Shown here one piece after another: positions 10,528 to 17,743 of a stretch of DNA of 47,550 nucleotides. Positions within the stretch are counted from its first letter, which is position 1; every line of letters starts with the position of its first letter. The notes under the pieces were generated by a model, which saw nothing but the letters and a program-made list of their open reading frames with translations, was not told where the DNA came from and did not search any database. This DNA is from Clostridium sp. CAG:138. Lineage in GTDB: Bacteria; Verrucomicrobiota; Kiritimatiellia; RFP12; UBA1067. Position numbers and translations under genes: made by a program. The DNA is taken from assembly GCA_963626295.1 (NCBI GenBank), contig CAVFWS010000001.1, positions 6,301 to 53,850 of the forward strand, in the 5' to 3' direction.

Positions 10528-10556
10528 TTGATTTCCTTTGCGCAAGGCAATATAAT
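10528..10556 (+). promoter_or_regulatory. sigma70-type promoter (TTGATT-17-TATAAT)
   Basis: TTGATT at 10528-10533, a 17-nt spacer, TATAAT at 10551-10556. It lies 25 nt upstream of the ferredoxin ATG, which has GGAGG at 10572-10576. Confidence 0.6.
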
Positions 10557-10581
10557 ATGCGCAAGAATTTTGGAGGTACTG

Positions 10582-10788
10582 ATGTCGAGACCGATAATTG
10601 ACGAAGATTGCTGCAAGGGATGCGGACGCTGCGTTTCCGCCTGCATGAAAAAGTGCCTTGAGATTGCCGCAGACCATCTGAACGCGGCAGGGCTGAAGCC
10701 TGTCCGCTATGTCGGGGAGGGGTGCGTCGGGTGCGGAATGTGCTTCTACAATTGCCCTGAGCCGTATGCCATCAGGGTTGAGCGGTGA
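10582..10788 (+). CDS. 4Fe-4S dicluster ferredoxin-type subunit (2-oxoacid:ferredoxin oxidoreductase delta-like)
   Basis: ORF 10528..10788 trimmed to the ATG at 10582, behind GGAGG. Two cluster motifs: CKGCGRCVSAC and CVGCGMCFYNCP. Confidence 0.75.
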   Translation: MSRPIIDEDCCKGCGRCVSACMKKCLEIAADHLNAAGLKPVRYVGEGCVGCGMCFYNCPEPYAIRVER

Positions 10789-10831
10789 TGCGGGAATGTC
10801 CCGTTGACGAAAGGCTGAGGACAGGCAAGCT

Positions 10832-11890
10832 ATGACTAAATTTGTTAAGAGCAATGAAGCGGTTGTGATGGGCGCCCTTTATGCGGGATGCGAGCTGTAT
10901 TTCGGATACCCGATCACTCCGGCAAGCGAAATCGCGCATGGTGCGGCCAAATGGTTCCCCATGCTGGGGCGCACCTTTGTGCAGGCGGAATGCGAAACCG
11001 CGAGCGTGAACATGATGTTCGGCGCCGCCGCAGCCGGGAAGCTCTGCATGACCGCCACTTCGGGGCCTGGGTTCTCCCTGATGCAGGAGGGCATCTCGTA
11101 CCTGGCCGGTGCGGAATTGCCGGCCGTGATAGTCAACGTGAATCGCGCCGGTCCGGGGCTTGGCAACGTATATCCGGAGCAGAGCGACTACACTCCGGCG
11201 GTGAAGGGCGGCGGGCACGGGAACTACAGGACATTCACCGTGGCGCCGGCAAGCGCCCAGGAAATGTTCGACCTCACGAGGCTTGCCTTCCGCATGGCGG
11301 CGAAATGGCGCACTCCCGCAGTGGTGTTCGCCGACGGCCTTCAGGGGCAGATGATGGAAAGCGTGCGGCTGCCGGACGATGAGGATCCGAAGCCCGACTT
11401 TTCCGGCTGGGCAGCACAGGGGGAGCCCAAGACCCGCGGCAATCTCGTGAAGTCCATATTCCTCGATGCCGCCCAGCAGGAGGAGTTCAACATCCACCTT
11501 CAGAAGAAGTATGCCGATATGGAGGCGGACGCCAAGTCGGAGGCGTATCTTGCGGAAGACGCCGAGCTGCTGATCGTCGCGTACGGGATCTCCTCGAGGA
11601 TTGCCCGCACAACCGCTGAGACGCTTCGCGCAGAAGGCGTCAGGGCTGGCTGCTTCCGCCCCATCACGCTGAGTCCATTCCCAAGGGAAGGGCTTGCAAA
11701 GGCCGCGAAGGGACGCAAGCTTCTGGTGATCGCGCTTGATGCCGGACAGTTCGCCGACGATGTGCGCCTGAATCTCGCAAAGGCGGGCCTTGGCGACGAG
11801 GCGGCATCCCTCCGATTCATAAACCGCATGGGCGGTCAGGTAGTTGCCGTGGACGATGCCGTAAAGGCCGCGAAGCGCGTCTTGGCATGA
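10832..11890 (+). CDS. 2-oxoacid:ferredoxin oxidoreductase alpha subunit (VorB/KorA-like)
   Basis: N-terminus MTKFVKSNEAVVMGALYAGCELYFGYPITPASEI is characteristic of alpha subunits. Length 352 aa. Confidence 0.85.
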   Translation: MTKFVKSNEAVVMGALYAGCELYFGYPITPASEIAHGAAKWFPMLGRTFVQAECETASVNMMFGAAAAGKLCMTATSGPGFSLMQEGISYLAGAELPAVIVNVNRAGPGLGNVYPEQSDYTPAVKGGGHGNYRTFTVAPASAQEMFDLTRLAFRMAAKWRTPAVVFADGLQGQMMESVRLPDDEDPKPDFSGWAAQGEPKTRGNLVKSIFLDAAQQEEFNIHLQKKYADMEADAKSEAYLAEDAELLIVAYGISSRIARTTAETLRAEGVRAGCFRPITLSPFPREGLAKAAKGRKLLVIALDAGQFADDVRLNLAKAGLGDEAASLRFINRMGGQVVAVDDAVKAAKRVLA

Positions 11891-12900
11891 TGCTGCGCCG
11901 GCTGCTCATCCTCTCGTCATGCGCGCTCCTGCGCACGTTGCCGCTTGAGGCCGGCGCCGGATACAGGTGGCGCATCGAGCCTGTCGGCGAGATCGCAAGG
12001 CCCTGCATCCCGGGATCGGCATCGCTGGGCGGCATTTCATGGGTGTCCAACAACGTCTATTGGGCGGTGACGGACTGGAATCCGGTGGTGTGGGAACTGG
12101 AGCTGCCCGTGGATCTGCGGAGCGGAAGATTGTCGGGGTGCAACCTTACCCGGTTGTGCGAACCGCAGGATGCGGTTGACGTCGAGGCAATTGTCCGCGA
12201 TCCGTTGGACGGGTCTGTGTGGATTGCCGACGAGCGTTCTTGCCGCATCACGAGGCATGATCCTGCGACTGGACGTCGCACTGGCCGAGTGGAGCTCCCG
12301 CCGCTGATGGATGGCATATACCTGGATCTGGGATTGGAATCGCTTACCATGAGCGGAGATGGCCTTGTGATGTGGACCTGCACGGAAGAGGCTCTGAAGG
12401 ACGATGGCCCGCGTTCCACGAAGGCGCACGGTTCCGATGTGCGCCTGACGAGGCTATGCCGCAAGGGGAAGGATGCGCCATGGGAGGTTGCCGGGCAATG
12501 GGTGTACCTTACGGATCCGATCGCCGGCGGGACATGGTCCATCAGTGGACGGGACATGTCGCGCAGCGGCGTGTCGGAGCTGTGTCTGCTTGAAGACGGA
12601 ACGCTGCTCGTCCTGGAGAGGGAGCTCAGCAAGGCGCTCATACCAAGGCTCCGCTGCCGCATCTATGAAGTCGATTTCACGTCCGCTACGGATGTGAACG
12701 GGATCGGGTCCATCGGTCAGGCAAATGGGCTAAAGCGCGTAGGAAAGCGCATGCTTTTCGAGACAAAGGGGCTTTCCATGTACGAGGGCATGTGCGTGGG
12801 GCCGAAGCTTGCCGACGGCTCCCGGCTCATGGTGCTTGTCTCTGACGGAGACAGGCAGACGCTTCGCACGGTGTTTTCGCTGCGCCTCTACAGGCTTTAG
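11887..12900 (+). CDS. secreted esterase-like-activity-of-phytase family protein
   Basis: ATGA overlap with the upstream stop. Signal-like N-terminus. Blocks LESLTMSGDG, SGVSELCLLEDGTLLVLERELS and YEGMCVGPKLADGSRLMVLVSDGD resemble the PF13449 pattern as I remember it. Confidence 0.65.
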   Translation: MMLRRLLILSSCALLRTLPLEAGAGYRWRIEPVGEIARPCIPGSASLGGISWVSNNVYWAVTDWNPVVWELELPVDLRSGRLSGCNLTRLCEPQDAVDVEAIVRDPLDGSVWIADERSCRITRHDPATGRRTGRVELPPLMDGIYLDLGLESLTMSGDGLVMWTCTEEALKDDGPRSTKAHGSDVRLTRLCRKGKDAPWEVAGQWVYLTDPIAGGTWSISGRDMSRSGVSELCLLEDGTLLVLERELSKALIPRLRCRIYEVDFTSATDVNGIGSIGQANGLKRVGKRMLFETKGLSMYEGMCVGPKLADGSRLMVLVSDGDRQTLRTVFSLRLYRL

Positions 12901-12930
12901 TCTTTGCGATGTTCTATATCATCGTTGCCG

Positions 12931-15438
12931 CTATTGCCTGAACGTGAGATGGCCATCCTTTGACAGGGTGCCCCTGATCTTGCCCGGCTTCAGCTTGCCG
13001 CCGAGAAGCAGTTCGGCAAGGGGGTCCTCCACGAACCGCTGGACTGCGCGACGGAGAGGCCTTGCCCCCATCGCCTCGTCGGATCCGTTCTTGACGAGGA
13101 ATCCGATGGCATTCTTGTCGAGGTCAAGGGTCATGTCCTTCTCTGAAAGGCGACTGCGGAGAAGGGCCAGCTCGAGGCTCAGGATGGTCTCCACGTTCTT
13201 CGAATCGAGCTTGCGGAACACCACTGTCTCGTCGAAGCGGTTCAGCAGTTCGGGACGGAAGGTGCGCTTCGCCTCCGCGAGCAGCTTCTCCTTCAGCGCA
13301 TCGTAGGACGTAGACACCTCGTCCTGCATGAAGCCGAACGACTTGCCGTCGCGGGCGAAGTCGAATCCAAGGTTCGCCGTCGCTATGATGATCGTGTTCC
13401 GGAAGTCGATGGTCCTGCCCTGCCCGTCGGTGAGCTTGCCCTCGTCGAGGATCTGCAGAAGCATGTTCATCACGTCGGGGGAGGCTTTCTCGAATTCGTC
13501 GAACAGCACCACGGAATACGGGCGGCGGCGCACCCGCTCCGTAAGCTGGCCGCCCTCGTCGTACCCCACATATCCGGGAGGCGCACCGACGAGCCTTGAG
13601 GACGTGAACTTGTCGGAGAATTCGGTCATGTCGAGCGAGATGAGGGCCTTCGGATCCCCATACACCTTTTCCGCGAGCATCTTTGCGAGAAGCGTCTTGC
13701 CTACGCCCGTAGGGCCAAGGAACAGGAAGCTCCCTATCGGGCGCTTGGGGTCGCCGAGGTTCGCCCGGCTGCGCCTGAGCGCGCGGGCAATGGACGATAT
13801 GGCCTCCGTCTGCCCAACCACCACCGTGTTGAGGTCGCGCTCCATGCCGAGAAGCTTTTCGGCGGCGGCGAAGCTCATGCGTTCCACCGGCACGCCGCTG
13901 ATGGACGCGACCGTGGCGGCGATGTCGTCCGCCGTCACCGCGATGACCTTCTCGGCGTGTTCGGCCTTCCATGCGTCAAGCCGCTTCTTCAGTTCGGCCT
14001 TGGCGGCCTTTTCCGCGTCACGCCATTTTGCCGCCTCTTCGTATACGCCACGGTTTGCCGCATCCTGCTTTTTCAGGTTCAGTTCCGCGATCTTCTCCTC
14101 GTCTGCCTTCATGTCCGGCGGGCGCACCGCATTCTTCATCCTTGTGCGTGAGCCTGTCTCGTCTATGGCGTCAATCGCCTTGTCCGGCAACAGGCGCGCC
14201 GGCAGATAGCGGGCCGTGAGCTTCACTGCGGCGGAGAGCGCCTCTGGCTCATACCTTACGTTGTGGTGCTTCTCGTACCTTGGGGCGATGCCCTTGAGTA
14301 TCTCGATGGCGTCGTCCTGCGAAGGCTCGTTCACGATTACGCTCTGGAACCTGCGCTCCAGCGCGGCATCCTTCTCGATCGACTTGTGGTATTCCTTCAG
14401 TGTCGTCGCGCCGACGACCTGGATCTCGCCGCGGGCGAGGGAGGGCTTGAGTATGTTGGCCGCGTCCATCGCGCCCTCGGGTCCGCCGGCGCCTACGAGC
14501 GTATGTATCTCGTCAAGGAACAGGATGCAGTTCCTCGAGTTCTTCGCCTCCTCTATCAGCTGCTTGAGGCGTTCCTCGAACTGGCCCCTGTACATGGTCC
14601 CGGCGACGACGCGAGTCATGTCCAGGGATATGACGCGCTTCCCGCGCATCCGTTCCGGCGCGTTCCCGGCGGCTATGGCCTCCGCCAGACCCTCCACCAC
14701 GGCCGTCTTGCCGACCCCGGCCTCGCCGATCAGCACCGCGTTGTTCTTCGTCCTCCGCGACAGCACCTGCAGTATGCGCTCTATCTCGGCCTTGCGCCCT
14801 ATGACGGGATCGAGCTCTCCGTTCATCGCCGCCTTCGTCAAATCGCGGCCATACGTGTTCAGCGCCGGAGTCTTGACCTTCTTGCCGCCCTCTTCCTCAT
14901 CCTCGCCCTCCTGCGGGGCGGCGAGGATGGAGTCGTCCCCGCCGCCGTCCTTGGCGTTGCCGTCGCCATCTCCCGCATTGCCGCCATTGCCGGGGGACTG
15001 CGCGGACTCGGACTGGCCGCTGAGGGATTTCGCGAAAGTGTCGGCGGTCACATTGTGCCCGAACAGGATCTGCGCCCCGACCGACTCGCCCTCGCGCAGC
15101 ATCGCGAGCATGATGTGCTCCGTGCCGACTTTCTCCGATTTGGCCCGGACGGCCTCTATCTTCGCGAATTCGAGCACCTTCCTCGTGCGGGCCGTCAACG
15201 GAAGCGCACCTTTCACGGCATAGGCTTCGCCTCGGCCTATTATGCGGTCCAGCTCCATGCCAAGGTCGTCGTTGTCGAGGCCCATCCGCTTAAGGCACTT
15301 GCAGGCCGTGCAGTTCTCCATCTTCAGGATGCAGGCCAATACGTGTTCCGTTCCGATGTACGTGTGGTTGTAGTGCCGGGCGACCGATTCCGCTCCATCG
15401 AGCGCCTGCTGGGCATATGGCGTATATAGTTCGTTCAT
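12931..15438 (-). CDS. clpC: ATP-dependent Clp protease ATP-binding subunit ClpC
   Basis: Clp_N repeats, Walker A motifs GEAGVGKTA and GPTGVGKT, and a UVR-like coiled segment. The ATG at 15438 overlaps the mcsB stop by 1 nt (TGATG); the track's start at 15441 is a TTG. Confidence 0.92.
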   Translation of the reverse strand: MNELYTPYAQQALDGAESVARHYNHTYIGTEHVLACILKMENCTACKCLKRMGLDNDDLGMELDRIIGRGEAYAVKGALPLTARTRKVLEFAKIEAVRAKSEKVGTEHIMLAMLREGESVGAQILFGHNVTADTFAKSLSGQSESAQSPGNGGNAGDGDGNAKDGGGDDSILAAPQEGEDEEEGGKKVKTPALNTYGRDLTKAAMNGELDPVIGRKAEIERILQVLSRRTKNNAVLIGEAGVGKTAVVEGLAEAIAAGNAPERMRGKRVISLDMTRVVAGTMYRGQFEERLKQLIEEAKNSRNCILFLDEIHTLVGAGGPEGAMDAANILKPSLARGEIQVVGATTLKEYHKSIEKDAALERRFQSVIVNEPSQDDAIEILKGIAPRYEKHHNVRYEPEALSAAVKLTARYLPARLLPDKAIDAIDETGSRTRMKNAVRPPDMKADEEKIAELNLKKQDAANRGVYEEAAKWRDAEKAAKAELKKRLDAWKAEHAEKVIAVTADDIAATVASISGVPVERMSFAAAEKLLGMERDLNTVVVGQTEAISSIARALRRSRANLGDPKRPIGSFLFLGPTGVGKTLLAKMLAEKVYGDPKALISLDMTEFSDKFTSSRLVGAPPGYVGYDEGGQLTERVRRRPYSVVLFDEFEKASPDVMNMLLQILDEGKLTDGQGRTIDFRNTIIIATANLGFDFARDGKSFGFMQDEVSTSYDALKEKLLAEAKRTFRPELLNRFDETVVFRKLDSKNVETILSLELALLRSRLSEKDMTLDLDKNAIGFLVKNGSDEAMGARPLRRAVQRFVEDPLAELLLGGKLKPGKIRGTLSKDGHLTFRQ

Positions 15439-16268
15439 CAAAGGTATTCCTTCGCAAAATCGTTGAGGCGCACGTTCCTGAAGCGCCTGTTGGCCTTGTC
15501 CGCAAGGACGGCGTCCTTGCGGTCCAGCTCCCTCTGCTCTTCATACGTGTTGGGGATGGAAGGGGGCGGCTGGTCTATCCGCGACAGCATGATCTCCGCG
15601 GCCTCCTTCCGCGTGAAATTGTCGAGGAAATTGAGGTCTGCCGCGAGCTTGAGGGGCGAGATGACGTCCACAAGCTCCAGGTTCGACAGCAGGCGGCAGC
15701 TTCTCAGGATCGCAAGCGACCGTTCGATCGCGTCCTCGAACACGCGGGGGAACTCATCTACCAGCCTGATCCGGGCATTGGATTCCTGCTTCACGATGTC
15801 GGAGAAGATCTGCCTGACCCTCGACGCAAGCTCATCCTCGTCCAGGCCGAGGGCCTGTGCGTTGCCTACGCGGAAGATGTGCGCCACGTCCTTGAGTCCG
15901 TCGCCATCGCATCCGTATGCGCTCATCCGCATCCCGCTGAGGGCGTTGAGCGCCGCCGCGAGATCCCCGATCAGGTGCAGCCCCTCAAGGTGGAACAGGG
16001 CCGATATCTCCAGGCCGGTCCCGCACATGAACGGGGATGCCGTGACGTAGCCGAATCGCGGATTCCACGCAAACGGGTGCTCGGCCGCGGCCTTTGCCTC
16101 GTCCCGCAGCAGCTTTGCCACGGCCTGGCGTATGCGCGTCGGCGAGGAAATCTCCGTGCTGAGGCAGACCATGTTCTCGTCCGTGAATGGCAGATCTGTG
16201 CGCTGCCTGTACAGGCGCACCGTGCCGCCGGAGAATATGGCGGAGCCGTCTATCTCGATGCCTGTCAT
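15438..16268 (-). CDS. mcsB: protein arginine kinase McsB-like (short, divergent)
   Basis: ORF 15438..16571 trimmed to the ATG at 16268, which overlaps the mcsA stop (ATGA). Guanido-kinase-like blocks VRLYRQRTDLPF, FGYVTASPFMCGTGLEISALFHL and IFRVGNAQALGLDEDEL. Sits between mcsA and clpC. Confidence 0.7.
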   Translation of the reverse strand: MTGIEIDGSAIFSGGTVRLYRQRTDLPFTDENMVCLSTEISSPTRIRQAVAKLLRDEAKAAAEHPFAWNPRFGYVTASPFMCGTGLEISALFHLEGLHLIGDLAAALNALSGMRMSAYGCDGDGLKDVAHIFRVGNAQALGLDEDELASRVRQIFSDIVKQESNARIRLVDEFPRVFEDAIERSLAILRSCRLLSNLELVDVISPLKLAADLNFLDNFTRKEAAEIMLSRIDQPPPSIPNTYEEQRELDRKDAVLADKANRRFRNVRLNDFAKEYL

Positions 16269-16831
16269 TCTGCGCCGCCGTTTCCGTTTCCCTCGGAGCC
16301 ATTGCCGATCAGCTCGTCGAGTTGCCTCCTGATGCGGGCGGCCTTGCGGTAGTCCTGGCGCGACACCGCATCCCTGAGTTCCTTCTCGAGGAAGGCCACG
16401 GAAGGCTTGCCGTCGTCGCTCTTCTCCGGCATCCTGCCCTTGTGCGTGGGACCGTATGATGCGGAGAGGAATTCCTCCTTCAGTTCGTTGCCGAACATCG
16501 TCCAGCAGTCCGGGCATCCCACGGACTTCGTTTCCTTTATCTTCTCCCACGTGGATCCGCATACGCGGCACTTGCGCGCCTTGCCGACCTTGCCGTCCGC
16601 TACGCCCTCTATGAGGCCAACGGCGGCATCGAGGAAATCCTTCACGAACGCCGGCGGCTCGCTGCCGTCCGCCGTGATTATCGTCGGCCTTGCCCTGTCG
16701 GGCCGCGCTTCCGGGTTTCCGCCGCCATCAAGGCATTGCTTGCACACGTACAGCTCTTCATCTTCGCCATCGGAACCTTTGCGGTGCAGCACGCCGGCGG
16801 CTTCATTCTTGTGGCACAGTTCGCACAGCAT
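16265..16831 (-). CDS. mcsA: McsA-like UvrB/UvrC-motif zinc-finger protein (McsB activator)
   Basis: CxxC pairs (CELC...CKQC; CRVC...CPDC) plus a C-terminal UVR motif, LEKELRDAVSRQDYRKAARIRRQLDEL. Confidence 0.75.
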   Translation of the reverse strand: MLCELCHKNEAAGVLHRKGSDGEDEELYVCKQCLDGGGNPEARPDRARPTIITADGSEPPAFVKDFLDAAVGLIEGVADGKVGKARKCRVCGSTWEKIKETKSVGCPDCWTMFGNELKEEFLSASYGPTHKGRMPEKSDDGKPSVAFLEKELRDAVSRQDYRKAARIRRQLDELIGNGSEGNGNGGAE

Positions 16832-16836
16832 GTCTT

Positions 16837-17727
16837 TCAGTCCACGTAAAGGGGAGGTATCGCGACGCCGGACGACCTGAGGTCGCCGGATCGCGCGGGC
16901 CTGGGCTGCCTGTCCGCGCCGTTCGGCTTGTTTGCCCCGGCCTTCCTGTTGGAGGCCTTGCCGGGAACCGCGGGCTTGGCACCGTCAAGCCGCATTGTCG
17001 GCTTCACGGATTCCGCGCCGGACGCATTCGGCGTTGTCGCCCTGTACAGGATCGCTATTCCCCAAGAGAGCAATGCGACAACGATTGCCGCGGCAACCGC
17101 AACGGTGGCGATCCTGCCTGTGTTTGGCGGGAGTTTCTTGACGTTGGCGAATACGCCTGACGACACGTTGCTCATTGTGCTGCGGAACCTGTCTGCGGCG
17201 GATGGCCTCTCCGTCCCGGTGTCCTCGGCGTATGACTGGCTGAAGAGATCCCCGTATGAGCGGCGCGGCGATGGCTGCCTGACGACCTCGGCCTCAAGCC
17301 GGAGTTCCGGCGTCCGGTCCGGGGCGACGGATTCAGGTGCGCTGGGCGGACGCGGCGCCTCGGTATTTTCTACGGTGGACGCGGCTTCTCCTGCGGCAGG
17401 GAACACGGTCTCTTCGGCGGTTGCGGGCACGGCCGTTTCGGCGACGGCCCTCTTCGGAGGCGTTGGCGCCGAAGCCTCCCCTGCCGCGTTCTTGTTCCTT
17501 GCGTAGAGATTGGAGAATTCGGCTTGCAGGGGCTTGGGGTCGAGGCCTACCGCTTCGCAGTACATCTTCACGAATCCGCGTCCGTATATGTCCGCCGGGA
17601 TGCGCTTGAAGTTCTCATTCTCCAACCCTTCGATGATCTGTACAAGAATGCGAGTGGTGGCGGCCAGCTGGGATGTCGTCAGGCCCTTCGCTTCACGCGC
17701 TGCGCGCAGTGTCTCTCCAAATGACAT
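16837..17727 (-). CDS. RodZ-like helix-turn-helix membrane protein
   Basis: ORF trimmed to the ATG at 17727, with GGAG upstream. N-terminal XRE-type HTH, MSFGETLRAAREAKGLTTSQLAATTRI...IPADIYGRGFVKMY. Pro/Ala-rich linker. Single TM segment, IATVAVAAAIVVALLSWGIAILY. Confidence 0.7.
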   Translation of the reverse strand: MSFGETLRAAREAKGLTTSQLAATTRILVQIIEGLENENFKRIPADIYGRGFVKMYCEAVGLDPKPLQAEFSNLYARNKNAAGEASAPTPPKRAVAETAVPATAEETVFPAAGEAASTVENTEAPRPPSAPESVAPDRTPELRLEAEVVRQPSPRRSYGDLFSQSYAEDTGTERPSAADRFRSTMSNVSSGVFANVKKLPPNTGRIATVAVAAAIVVALLSWGIAILYRATTPNASGAESVKPTMRLDGAKPAVPGKASNRKAGANKPNGADRQPRPARSGDLRSSGVAIPPLYVD

Positions 17728-17743
17728 GGTGTCTTTCTCCTGG

